Positions 9,548 through 18,466 of a stretch of 64,000 nt of DNA are shown here, one piece after another. The notes under the pieces were generated by a model. The model was not told where the DNA came from. It did no database searches and worked only from the letters and a program-made list of their open reading frames with translations. Both the position numbers and the translations under genes were made by a program. The first letter of the stretch is position 1. Each line of letters begins with the position of its first letter. Origin of the DNA: a virus; IMG/VR virus record IMGVR_UViG_3300046660_000510, positions 1-64,000 of that record; one strand, given 5' to 3'.

Positions 9548-9769
9548 GGGCGGCACCCTACCTTCGGGCCGGGCGCGGTACCGGAGATGGGGCCGCACAG
9601 AGGGCACAGCCACGATCCGTCAGGGCCTTGCTGTCCGGCGCCTCCGCACTTTGTGCACTGCACGGCCACCAGTCCTCTCGCGGTCGGGGTGGGTCACCCC
9701 TTCAGAGTGCTCTGGTTGGCAGGCGGGCGGTAGATGGCGGGCCCTGGCGGGTCGGGGCCCCTTCCCCAT

Positions 9770-9806
9770 CTCTTGTATTGCGTACGTAATAGAAGATGGG
9801 TAGGGT
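9770..9806 (+). promoter_or_regulatory. conserved operator-promoter copy 2
   Basis: 31 bp identical to copy 1; TTGCGT-N17-TAGGGT. Confidence 0.75.
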
Positions 9807-9840
9807 GGACCCCACACCAACACCCAGGGGGACACCCGCC

Positions 9841-10434
9841 ATGACCGCCGGACAGGCCTACGCCACCCACCTGCGCACCCTCTTCGCCCTCATCCCCGAA
9901 ACGACCCGCTTCTCCGGCGGCCGAGACCAGCACCGCCACATCACCCACACCATCCGCGACGTCCGAAACAACCTCGGCCGCGGAAACGACTCCGCGACCG
10001 ATGAACTCACCGCCACCGGCATGATCGCCGCCCTGGCCTGGACCATGTACATCAACAACGAGAAGGCCCACGCCACGGTCATCGACCACGTCAACAACCT
10101 CACCCCGTGGGACTTCTGCGCCTTCCTCGGCGACCTCGTCGACGCCAACCCGCGCACCGCCGCAGCCCAGGCCGACCACTTCGCCGCCATGGGCGAGCGC
10201 CTCGAGGCCGCCGGCCCCACCGTCTGGCTGATCACGTCCGGCGAGGACTACGGCTCCAACAACACCGAGGACGTCTTCCTCGACGAGACGGCCGCCCGCA
10301 AGGCCTTCGCCACCCGGGCCCTCGGCTTCACCGTCAAGGAGATCCAGGAGGAGACCCTCGGCGACGTCCGCGTTCTCCGGTACCGCAACGGATCCGACTG
10401 GATCGCCCTCGAGGCCCACACCGCCACCGCCTGA
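9841..10434 (+). CDS. hypothetical protein, first gene after promoter copy 2
   Basis: ATG after GGGGGA RBS; very high GC3. Confidence 0.7.
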   Translation: MTAGQAYATHLRTLFALIPETTRFSGGRDQHRHITHTIRDVRNNLGRGNDSATDELTATGMIAALAWTMYINNEKAHATVIDHVNNLTPWDFCAFLGDLVDANPRTAAAQADHFAAMGERLEAAGPTVWLITSGEDYGSNNTEDVFLDETAARKAFATRALGFTVKEIQEETLGDVRVLRYRNGSDWIALEAHTATA

Positions 10435-10442
10435 CCCCCACC

Positions 10443-10465
10443 GCCCCGGCCACTCAGGCCGGGGC
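10443..10465 (+). terminator. hairpin
   Basis: GCCCCGGCC-ACTCA-GGCCGGGGC. Confidence 0.45.
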
Positions 10466-10529
10466 AATGCCGTGCCCGATCCGCGCCAGGCTGGACCTGG
10501 ACCCGCCTCCCCGCCCCTGGAGCCGTCTC

Positions 10530-10943
10530 ATGACCGACCAGAAGCCCGCGATGACGATGCGGGAGATCCGCGAAGCCCTCGGCCACAAGACGCCGCCGCC
10601 CAGTGTTCCCGAGCCGACCGTCCTGCCGACCGCCTACGTCGTGTCCTGCCTGCCCCTCGGCCACGACGAGCGGTGGGAGTTCACGATCAACGTTCGGCAC
10701 CAGCAAGGCGGCCTGTACGCCGTGCAGCACGGGCTCAGCTACTGGGGCACCGACGGGCGTTGGTCCCTCCAGCCCGGCGAGATCAGCGAGGACGACGAGC
10801 CCGACGATCCGGCCACCGTCGAGTGGGAGGCGGCGCACCGCTTCGACAACGAGACGGCGCTGCGGCTGGCCCGCGAGTTGGCGCCGCGGCTCACGTACCA
10901 CGGCCGGACTGTCGCCGACGCGCTGGCCGCCCCCACCCCGTGA
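10530..10943 (+). CDS. hypothetical phage protein
   Basis: GGAG RBS plus ATG. Confidence 0.65.
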   Translation: MTDQKPAMTMREIREALGHKTPPPSVPEPTVLPTAYVVSCLPLGHDERWEFTINVRHQQGGLYAVQHGLSYWGTDGRWSLQPGEISEDDEPDDPATVEWEAAHRFDNETALRLARELAPRLTYHGRTVADALAAPTP

Positions 10944-11025
10944 CAACGCAGCACCGGTCGCCGCCTGTCGGTAGCAGGCGGCGGCCGGCCCCCCCAATCC
11001 TCTCGCACGATCAAGGAGCAGCAGC

Positions 11026-11547
11026 ATGACCGAGACCACCCCGCCCGCCGACCGGGCCGCGATCCTCAATGAGGCTGCCGACGTGCTGGCCGCCCTCCGC
11101 GAGAAGACGGACGTGAACGTCGCCGAGTACGCCCGGTACGACTTCCGGCAGCGGATCGCTCTGAGCGACGGCATCTCCCGGCTGCGCCGCATGGCCGTCG
11201 AGGCGCAGCAGCCCGCGTCGACCGCACCGCTCGCCGCCAACCTCCCACTCGTCAAGGGCCGTTGCCCCGCCTGCTACGGGGCCAGCCTGTTCCTCGGTGA
11301 TGGCGGCTACGTGACGTGCAGCCGCATCGACTGCCCCGAGCCTGACGCTGCGAGCACCGCACTGGAGCAGCCCGCCGTCGAGGCGCAGCAGCCCGAGACG
11401 CAGGGCGGGTGCAGCCAGTGCGGGCATCGCGCCTGCATGGGGCGAGGGCGCCGCTGTGGCGTGGTCATGACGTCGGAGGCAGGCATCGTGCGGCCCCCGT
11501 GCCAGTGCCTCGGCGCCGCCGTGTCCCAGCCCGGCAAGGAGGCCTGA
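11026..11547 (+). CDS. mosaic hypothetical protein with two Cys-rich modules
   Basis: AAGGAG RBS; AVEAQQP repeated; CPAC..CSRIDC and CSQC..C..C..CQC. Confidence 0.7.
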   Translation: MTETTPPADRAAILNEAADVLAALREKTDVNVAEYARYDFRQRIALSDGISRLRRMAVEAQQPASTAPLAANLPLVKGRCPACYGASLFLGDGGYVTCSRIDCPEPDAASTALEQPAVEAQQPETQGGCSQCGHRACMGRGRRCGVVMTSEAGIVRPPCQCLGAAVSQPGKEA

Positions 11548-11549
11548 CC

Positions 11550-11735
11550 GTGGCCACCGTCGACCGGAAGAAGCTGCTACGCCAACTCGAAGGCCGCATA
11601 CGACGGGGAATCGCCCTCACCGACACACGCTGGCAGCTCAGGGACACCGGCATGACAGCAGACGAAGTGTGGGCGTTCGAACTGCCGATCCGACGTCGCA
11701 TCCGCGAGGAACGAGCAGGAAGGAAGTCCGCGTGA
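11550..11735 (+). CDS. small basic hypothetical protein
   Basis: GTG after AAGGAGG. Confidence 0.55.
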   Translation: MATVDRKKLLRQLEGRIRRGIALTDTRWQLRDTGMTADEVWAFELPIRRRIREERAGRKSA

Positions 11736-11806
11736 CCACCAACCCACAGCAGCTGGAAGCATCCGCACGCCGCGCCCTCGACGTCCCAGCCCGGCAAGGA
11801 GACCTG

Positions 11807-12196
11807 ATGCCGCAGCGAGTCCAGCGCAAGCGCACCCCCGGATGGACGCTGGCCGACTCCACCACGAACCCCCTCGGGGCGGTCATCGTCAGTCGGCCCA
11901 GCCGATTCGGGAACCCCTTCACCATCGCTGCTGCCATCGAAGCCGAGTGGAGCAACCCCCGCAGCGCCGTCACCGAGATGTACCGCGAGTGGCTACGCGT
12001 CGGCACCGAAGGCGGCTGGTACGAGGAGACCTACCGCATCGGCAAGCAGACCTTCGACCGGCGCCGCATCCTCGCCGACCTCCACCTGCTCCGCGGCAAA
12101 GACCTCGCCTGCACCTGCCCCCTCCCCGAGCCCGGACAGCCCGACCTGTGCCATGCCGCCGTCCTACTGCGGTTGGCGGCCCAGGCGAACGGATGA
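11807..12196 (+). CDS. DUF4326-like protein
   Basis: PQRVQRKRTPGW...VSRPSRFGNPF...LRGKDLACTCP...CHAAVLL. Confidence 0.8.
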   Translation: MPQRVQRKRTPGWTLADSTTNPLGAVIVSRPSRFGNPFTIAAAIEAEWSNPRSAVTEMYREWLRVGTEGGWYEETYRIGKQTFDRRRILADLHLLRGKDLACTCPLPEPGQPDLCHAAVLLRLAAQANG

Positions 12197-12399
12197 GCGA
12201 CGTCAAGCGGTGCCGTGAATGCCACCGTCCTCTGCCCCGCAACAGCGGCGACATCGGCCCGGTCTGCGCCCGCCGCCTGACCGGGCCCACATCGCGCCGA
12301 TCCCGCCGGCCCGCACCCGTACCGGCCGCCCCGGACTCTCTCCCAGGCCAGGACCAGATTGCCCTCTTCTACTTCCAAGCGACCCTAGAAGGAATCTGA
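12193..12399 (+). CDS. small Zn-finger protein (DUF6011-like)
   Basis: CRECHRPL...IGPVCARR. Confidence 0.55.
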   Translation: MSDVKRCRECHRPLPRNSGDIGPVCARRLTGPTSRRSRRPAPVPAAPDSLPGQDQIALFYFQATLEGI

Positions 12400-12650
12400 T
12401 GCCCGAGCGCAGCATCGCGGAGCAGCTCCGTGCAGCCGCTGACAAGGTGGCGCCCGCCTCCACCATCACGCCCGACCTCACCACCGAGTACCCGGACCTC
12501 GAGGCCGCCCACGCTCACCTCCTGCGCAGCGTCGCCTACGAGATGGACCTTGCCGAGGGAACCGAGTACCGGGCCAAGGGAGACGAGACGGACCCCATCA
12601 CCTGGCAGCAGGCCCTCAAGTCCGCCCAGCAGATCAACGGATCAGCGTGA
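12399..12650 (+). CDS. hypothetical protein
   Basis: coupled ORF. Confidence 0.6.
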   Translation: MPERSIAEQLRAAADKVAPASTITPDLTTEYPDLEAAHAHLLRSVAYEMDLAEGTEYRAKGDETDPITWQQALKSAQQINGSA

Positions 12651-12766
12651 TAGCCGACCTGCTGTCCGCCCTGGCCATCGTCGTCCTGGTCGTCGCGTGG
12701 ACGTTCCTTGCCACCGTCCGCTGGGCGCGTTTCGACCGCACCCCACCCGAGAGGACCCGACCGTGA
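12647..12766 (+). CDS. 39-aa membrane peptide (not in ORF track)
   Basis: GTGA overlaps on both sides; VIADLLSALAIVVLVVAWTFLATVRWARF. Confidence 0.5.
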   Translation: MIADLLSALAIVVLVVAWTFLATVRWARFDRTPPERTRP

Positions 12767-13341
12767 CCGGCCCGGACGATCCCGCCTGGCGGTGGGAGTT
12801 CCGCTGCGAGGACTTCGTGTACGCCCGCCTCGCCGAAGACCAGACCACAGCCGAACAGATGCCACCCGGCTCCGCCCGCGATGCGGAACTGAACCGCGTC
12901 GACTCCCTCTACCTCATCGCCAACCAGCACAACATCTGGATCGACGCCCGCGGCCGCTCCTCAGCAACCTGCGTCACCTGCACCGGAGCCGCTGGCGTCC
13001 CCTGCACCACCATGCGCGGCCTCGCCCGCATCTGGCGCACCCACCCGGACTACGTGCCCGGCTGGAACGAGAACATCGACGACCCCCGCTGCCGCAGCAA
13101 CATCTACAAGGACTACACGAAGCGCACCACGATCTACCAGGAACGGAAAGCCGAGCTGGACGCCTTCTACGGCCGTTTCGACCTCGAAGAAGCCGACGGC
13201 GGCGAACGGTGGCGCTGCAAGACGTGCGGAGCGCACGGCGAGACGTGGAAGCCCTTCCCCGGCGCCTACGACTACCCCCACGCCATCGGTACAGCCGCCC
13301 ACCGACACCCCACATGCGCAGAGCAGAAGGGACCGAAGTGA
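12763..13341 (+). CDS. hypothetical protein (DUF6221-like N-terminal part plus Zn ribbon)
   Basis: FVYARLAED...PCTTMRGLARIWRTHPDYVPGW. Confidence 0.6.
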   Translation: MTGPDDPAWRWEFRCEDFVYARLAEDQTTAEQMPPGSARDAELNRVDSLYLIANQHNIWIDARGRSSATCVTCTGAAGVPCTTMRGLARIWRTHPDYVPGWNENIDDPRCRSNIYKDYTKRTTIYQERKAELDAFYGRFDLEEADGGERWRCKTCGAHGETWKPFPGAYDYPHAIGTAAHRHPTCAEQKGPK

Positions 13342-14159
13342 CCGACGAGCCGACTCTGGCCACGTTGACCAACCAACTGGCCGAGATGAAATCCGAACTT
13401 GCCATGCTTCGCATCTCCAGCAGCCTGCGAACCTGCCTGGTCCCGGCCTGCCTGCGCCAGTACGACAGCACTACCCACATGCTCGGCCGGCCCCCGGTAC
13501 GTCCTGAGTGGTCCGGGCAGGGCTGGCACAAGGTCACCCGCGGTGTCGCCAACGGCGACCTCTGCCCCGACCACGTCGACATCGTCACCGCGCACCTGCC
13601 CCGCACCATCGACCTGCCCAACGGCCGGTGGACCGTGCACTGCGCGTGCGGCTGGGAGACGACCCCGCAGGCCTGGGGCGGTCTTCTGCGCCCGCTGTGG
13701 GAGCAGCACCTCCTCACCGCCATGGGCACGCTGCCAGAGCCTCCAGCGCACGATGAGACGCTCGAGCGGCTGCCGCTGGCCCACCACACCGAGGCCACGC
13801 TCACCGAGTTGTACGACGCCCTCGACGACACCGAGTACGACCGCCGGGAGACCCGCGAAGCGGCGCAGGCCATGTTCCGCGCCTGGGACTGGCACCGGAA
13901 CACCCTCGGCGGCGTATCCCGCGCCGTAGTGGCCGTGTGCAACATGATGCGGACGTCGGCCAACTTCCTGGACCGCTGCGACTGGACGGCAGACCGGATC
14001 GACGCCTACCTGTGGGCCGTCCTCATCGGCTGGCACGACGACACCCTCCAGGAGGTCGCGGCCAAGCACCGGTGGAACGAGCACCGCGTGAAGTACGTAC
14101 GCGAGATGCGCGCCCTCCTCGCCCCCATCACCGACCCGCAGCAGCCGAAGGAGGACTGA
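13338..14159 (+). CDS. hypothetical phage protein
   Basis: coupled ORF with Cys/His motifs. Confidence 0.65.
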   Translation: MTDEPTLATLTNQLAEMKSELAMLRISSSLRTCLVPACLRQYDSTTHMLGRPPVRPEWSGQGWHKVTRGVANGDLCPDHVDIVTAHLPRTIDLPNGRWTVHCACGWETTPQAWGGLLRPLWEQHLLTAMGTLPEPPAHDETLERLPLAHHTEATLTELYDALDDTEYDRRETREAAQAMFRAWDWHRNTLGGVSRAVVAVCNMMRTSANFLDRCDWTADRIDAYLWAVLIGWHDDTLQEVAAKHRWNEHRVKYVREMRALLAPITDPQQPKED

Positions 14160-14160
14160 C

Positions 14161-14985
14161 GTGGGAGCAGCACTGCACCTTGCGCACGTGCACCAGCCGA
14201 GCCCGCCGAAGCGCCGGCCCAAGCGGAAGGGAGGCGGCGACGGAGGGAAGTTCTCCGAGTACGCGCAACGCATCTACCAGGACGACCGGGCGACCAGTGA
14301 GACCCGCAGCCTCCTTCTGGCCATCGCCTACGTCATCACGATGCAGCGCACCGACGACCCGAAGGAGCAGTGGCGCAACCTCCGCAAGGCGCTGGGCCGC
14401 AGCGAGAAGCACCGGTACACGGACTTCCTGCGCGATCTGGTCGAGCACGACCGGCCCCGCTACATACCGCCGGAGGATCGGCCCGGCGGCTACGACCCGT
14501 CCAAGCGGCTCTGTGTCGGCCCGCGTCTCCGCCCGTTCAAGGAGCGCCCCTACAAGGCGGAGCAGATGTCCCTGCCCGCCCGCGTCGAGCAGACCAAGCG
14601 GGACGCTGAGGACTTCCGCAACACCGACAACGTGTGCGGCGCCCCCGGCAAGGACCGCGTCCTCGAGAAGCTGCCCGCCACCGGATGGTACCGGTGGCAC
14701 TGGTTCTGCCAACGGCACCGCGACCACGCCCAGCGGGTGAAGGAGCAGGTGAAGGCACAGAACGCGGCCGCGCCCGACCCCATTCCGAACGCGGGCGGGC
14801 TGATGCCTTGCTACTTCGAAGCGGACTGGGTGCGCCTGTACCGGCACTACACGTGGGACACCTGGGAGCCGCCCGTGTACGGCGTCCGCGCCGACGACTG
14901 GCCCATCCCCGGCAAGCAGCCCGTTCCGCAGCGCGCCCGGCTCAGCCTGGTCATTGGCGGAGGGCTGGAGGATCCGGATGAGTGA
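14161..14985 (+). CDS. hypothetical protein
   Basis: GAGGAGG RBS; coupled. Confidence 0.65.
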   Translation: MGAALHLAHVHQPSPPKRRPKRKGGGDGGKFSEYAQRIYQDDRATSETRSLLLAIAYVITMQRTDDPKEQWRNLRKALGRSEKHRYTDFLRDLVEHDRPRYIPPEDRPGGYDPSKRLCVGPRLRPFKERPYKAEQMSLPARVEQTKRDAEDFRNTDNVCGAPGKDRVLEKLPATGWYRWHWFCQRHRDHAQRVKEQVKAQNAAAPDPIPNAGGLMPCYFEADWVRLYRHYTWDTWEPPVYGVRADDWPIPGKQPVPQRARLSLVIGGGLEDPDE

Positions 14986-15466
14986 CGAGGAGCGCCTGGC
15001 CAGACTGACGGAAGAGCTCTGCCACGCCTACCACTACGGCGTCGGCCTGGACGAACTCGACGAGGAAGACCCCGACCAGGCCCGCGCACACCGGCGGGCC
15101 GCACGGCGCTTCCTCCGCTGGCTCGAGAACGCTCCCGAGGAGGAGTTGAGCCAGGAGAGGCGGGCAGCCTTCCGGCGGGGCTACGACCGCGGCGCCGAGA
15201 ACGCGAAGAAGTCGGCCGCCGAACAGATCCAGCACCTCGAGGCGGAAGTCGCCGAGCTCCGCCAGGACCGGGACCCGGACGGGCTGCGGGCCCGTATCGC
15301 CGACCTGCAGTACGTGAACCGCGGGTACTCCCGCATCGTCATGGGCGGTTCGGACCTGCGTGCGGACCTGGTGGACTCCCTGCGTCGGCTCGAGGCCGTG
15401 CAGCGGGAGCTGGCCGTGCTGAAGGGCGTGCAGCCGTCCAACGCCACCGGTGAGCGGCCGTCCTGA
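14978..15466 (+). CDS. hypothetical coiled-coil protein
   Basis: GGAGG RBS. Confidence 0.6.
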   Translation: MSDEERLARLTEELCHAYHYGVGLDELDEEDPDQARAHRRAARRFLRWLENAPEEELSQERRAAFRRGYDRGAENAKKSAAEQIQHLEAEVAELRQDRDPDGLRARIADLQYVNRGYSRIVMGGSDLRADLVDSLRRLEAVQRELAVLKGVQPSNATGERPS

Positions 15467-15470
15467 CCGT

Positions 15471-16607
15471 TCAGACCGCCGTGTCCGCGGCAGGCGCGCT
15501 GTCGTTGACGAGATGGTCCGGCGACAGGGCCCACTGATAGATCAGCTCGTTCAGCGTCGACACCCCCCACAATCCCTTCAGCGCGGCGATCCGCTCCTCC
15601 AGCTTCCGCTTCGACACCCCGATCCGGCGGGCGATCGCCGGCTGCGAAACTCCAGCCGACAGGTAGCGGAGGATTTCCCGGTCCCGTTTCGACGTGCGTA
15701 CCCCGGTGGCACCGGACACGGTGTCCACGGCGGCGCTGCCACGCGCACGGAGTTCCCCGGTCCAGGGCTGCGCGTACATCCACGTGGTGTCATACAGCCT
15801 TGCGAGAATCGCTATTACGGCGCGGTCGGTGACATGCCAGGCGCCGTGCTCGGGGCCACCGGTGATGTGGTCGGATATGAAAGCCTGTTCCCGATCCACA
15901 ATGATCATTCGTTCGAAGGCGCCAGGCAGCGTCCGGTACTGCGCAGTCGACACCGTCGCATGTGTCGCCATGGTCCGCGCATACTCGGCCGTCACCGGAT
16001 GATCCCGCACCGTGTCCCGGTATATCGTCCGCATGCTCACACCCCGCTCCAGCGCGGAAGCGTCCCGGTCGACCGCCATCGCTAAAACCGTCTTGTCGCG
16101 GGGGCCGCCCGGCTGCGCGGCAAGGATCTCCCGTTTCGCACCGGCAACGACGTCCTGAATGCGCGCGTTCACGGTGGCCTGATCGCCGAGGTACTCGGAG
16201 GCACGCCCGGAACGGGACGAGGTGGCCGTGTACTGGCCGGCCAGCTGGTCCACGAGGCCCGGGAGGGCGGACATGAACGCGACGCGCCGTCTGGCCTCCT
16301 CGATCTGGGAGAACAGGACGTTTTCGAGGGCTTGCCGCGGATTCCTTACTACGGGCTTGCCGGGTCGGTCCGGGTCTTCGTGGATAAGTCCGAACGCGTC
16401 GAGTTCGCCGTATGCGTCCGGGTACTCGGCGGTAATATTTTCAGCCTGCACCCAGTCCTGCCGGGCATAAGCCCCAAACAGGCGGAACGCACCCGACGAC
16501 AACAAATCCCCGTCACTGCGCGCTATACCTGTGGTCAAAGGATGATCCCCCGTCAAACACCCTAGATCAACTGCGAGTTCCCGCACCGCGAACTCACGCA
16601 CGATCAA
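15471..16607 (-). CDS. TrmB/PLD-like sensor plus C-terminal LuxR HTH regulator; contains a TTA codon
   Basis: AKREILAAQPGG..RGVSMRTIY..FERMIIVDREQAFI; TSKRDREILRYLSAGVSQPAIARRIGVSKRKLEERI. Confidence 0.85.
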   Translation of the reverse strand: MIVREFAVRELAVDLGCLTGDHPLTTGIARSDGDLLSSGAFRLFGAYARQDWVQAENITAEYPDAYGELDAFGLIHEDPDRPGKPVVRNPRQALENVLFSQIEEARRRVAFMSALPGLVDQLAGQYTATSSRSGRASEYLGDQATVNARIQDVVAGAKREILAAQPGGPRDKTVLAMAVDRDASALERGVSMRTIYRDTVRDHPVTAEYARTMATHATVSTAQYRTLPGAFERMIIVDREQAFISDHITGGPEHGAWHVTDRAVIAILARLYDTTWMYAQPWTGELRARGSAAVDTVSGATGVRTSKRDREILRYLSAGVSQPAIARRIGVSKRKLEERIAALKGLWGVSTLNELIYQWALSPDHLVNDSAPAADTAV

Positions 16608-16809
16608 AACGTTGAGAACACAAACAGCCTACGGCAACGTAGTCCCGGGGCGTCCCCCGACGCTCGTACACCGCATCCTCCCCACGCACCGCACACGTCT
16701 ACTGCCAGAACTTCGGTTCGGTGCCAGGGGATCGCAGCAGGAAGCGGACCACGAGAATTCGGGCCAGGGCGCCCCGTTATCGTTTCCGAAACGATCGAGG
16801 GGACCCGTC

Positions 16810-17013
16810 ATGCCAAGTAAATGGCGTCATATCGCCGCCGGCCTCACCATCGCGGCCGCAGCAGCAACGGTCGGACTGACCGCAACGGAATCCGCAGCAG
16901 CACCCCACGCCAGGACGGTTGCCGATACCGGCTGGGGATCCCTGCCCGTTGACCTGCCCGTCACCCCACCGGTTGACCTGCCCGTGCTCCCGCTCGACAC
17001 CGCCTGGGGCTGA
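16810..17013 (+). CDS. 67-aa secreted peptide with two DT(G/A)WG motifs
   Basis: GAGGGGA RBS; Sec-type signal MPSKWRHIAAGLTIAAAAATVGLTATESAAA; DTGWG and C-terminal DTAWG. Confidence 0.75.
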   Translation: MPSKWRHIAAGLTIAAAAATVGLTATESAAAPHARTVADTGWGSLPVDLPVTPPVDLPVLPLDTAWG

Positions 17014-17021
17014 CCCGGCCC

Positions 17022-17065
17022 GGCCTGGCACGGCATGCCCAAGGGGGGACACCCCGTGCCAGGCC
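17022..17065 (+). terminator. hairpin after the peptide gene
   Basis: GGCCTGGCACGG...CCGTGCCAGGCC, 12-bp stem. Confidence 0.5.
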
Positions 17066-17114
17066 CGCACCAACCCGGGGGAACACCCGCCGCGATCCGC
17101 GGGAACGTTGACGC

Positions 17115-17369
17115 ATGGATGCCCCCGCCAAGCCCACCACTACAGCCCTGCCCGACCCGTTCATCACCACCGGTCCGGCCCTTTTCTACGTCACCACCCA
17201 GCAGGCCGATGCGACTCAGAGCGTGCAGCGCATCGACCTCGACTACACCGGTGATCCCCGCGAACGCGCCATCTGCCGCGCCTTGCTCCACCACGCCCTC
17301 GCCCTCCTGGACGCCAGCGAACCCGCACGCCGCGCACCCAGCGGGCCTGTTGAGGGCCGGAGGATCTGA
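17115..17369 (+). CDS. hypothetical protein
   Basis: ORF coupled to the next gene. Confidence 0.55.
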   Translation: MDAPAKPTTTALPDPFITTGPALFYVTTQQADATQSVQRIDLDYTGDPRERAICRALLHHALALLDASEPARRAPSGPVEGRRI

Positions 17370-17776
17370 TGGCCAAGAACTCGAGCAGCGAACGGATCGA
17401 AGCACTTAGGGCCTGGCTCACCGCCAACGGCATCAACCCCAACAACGTCCCCCTGGACGCCGACATGACCATCAGCGAAGGCACCGCAGGCCGCTTCCTC
17501 TGCTGCGAAGTCTTCGACCTCACTGCCGATGGCCACCGCCAGGTCGACGAACGCGGCACCAAGGCCGCCGTCACGGTCATCGCCATGCCCCTGAAGGTCG
17601 AACCCCCGGAGTGGTGGCAGCCGTACGAGAAGCCGACCCGGGATCAGCTCCTGGAGACCCTGGAACGGGTGCAGCAGCTCGCCGAGCGGTGGAAGTACAC
17701 CGGCGACCGGAAGAACGGGCCGCGGCAGGAACTCCTTCGGGCACTCGGCGAGCAGACCACGCCCTGGGCTCCCTGA
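17369..17776 (+). CDS. hypothetical protein
   Basis: GGAGG RBS, TGATG coupling. Confidence 0.65.
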   Translation: MAKNSSSERIEALRAWLTANGINPNNVPLDADMTISEGTAGRFLCCEVFDLTADGHRQVDERGTKAAVTVIAMPLKVEPPEWWQPYEKPTRDQLLETLERVQQLAERWKYTGDRKNGPRQELLRALGEQTTPWAP

Positions 17777-18025
17777 CACCGCTGAACGCCTCCGTCCGCT
17801 CGCGGTGGCATGGGAGACTCGCCGTGGTGCTGATGCCGTGAACGTCCCCCGTGGCGGCACCACGCCAGCTCGCTCCAGGCCGCGATCCGCAATCCGGTCC
17901 GGAAACCCTGTGGCCCGCGTCTCTGAGGAGACTGCGGGCCACAGGCATGCCCGGCCCCGTTGTCAGTGGGCCGTGCCAGTCTGGCGTGAGCGCAACGGCC
18001 CGTCCTTCGTCGGCGAGGGACGGGC

Positions 18026-18367
18026 TCATCCCTCGAGGTAGCCCAGCTCCGAGTCCGGCCGGCAATGCGAACACGCGGCAACGCCCTCCACCAGCGCCCG
18101 CAGTGCCGCATCCCGCGGTACGCCCTTCGAGCGTTTCCCCGCCATGTGGCAGCCGCCGACGTGCACGTACACGGGCGGCGTGTCCCGGCCCAGCGCCTGC
18201 TCGACAAGCCAGTCCGGGACCGGCGGTCGCGCCCGCTCCCCCTGCTGCCGCTCCTGCTCGCGGCGCAGCAGGTCCGCCTTCTTCTCCCGCACCCGGCCCA
18301 GGGCAACCACCAGATACGTCTCGATCGCCTCGAGGCGTGGCAGGTCAGGCGGCAGATCATCGTGCAT
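18026..18367 (-). CDS. DUF6233-like protein
   Basis: DLPPDLPRL...WLVE...VHVGGC...ACSHCRPDSELG. Confidence 0.75.
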   Translation of the reverse strand: MHDDLPPDLPRLEAIETYLVVALGRVREKKADLLRREQERQQGERARPPVPDWLVEQALGRDTPPVYVHVGGCHMAGKRSKGVPRDAALRALVEGVAACSHCRPDSELGYLEG

Positions 18368-18380
18368 GTGTTCGAGTGTA
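18360..18380 (-). promoter_or_regulatory. LexA-box-like site and -10 element over a leaderless start
   Basis: minus strand TACACTCGAACACATGCACGA vs actinobacterial TCGAAC-N4-GTTCGA. Confidence 0.45.
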
Positions 18381-18385
18381 GGCAC

Positions 18386-18425
18386 AAAAAAAGAGGGCCC
18401 CCTCGCTCCGAAGAACGAGGAGGCC
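18386..18425 (-). terminator. intrinsic terminator
   Basis: minus strand GGCCTCCTCG..CGAGGGGCC followed by CTC and a T7 tract. Confidence 0.7.
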
Positions 18426-18466
18426 ATCTCCTATCGATGCCCCCAGGCGTGTTCTCACCGTACGTC

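Noticed and set aside
16810-17013. RiPP precursor call
   Set aside because: It has a Sec-type signal rather than a leader peptide, and no modifying enzyme or transporter is nearby.
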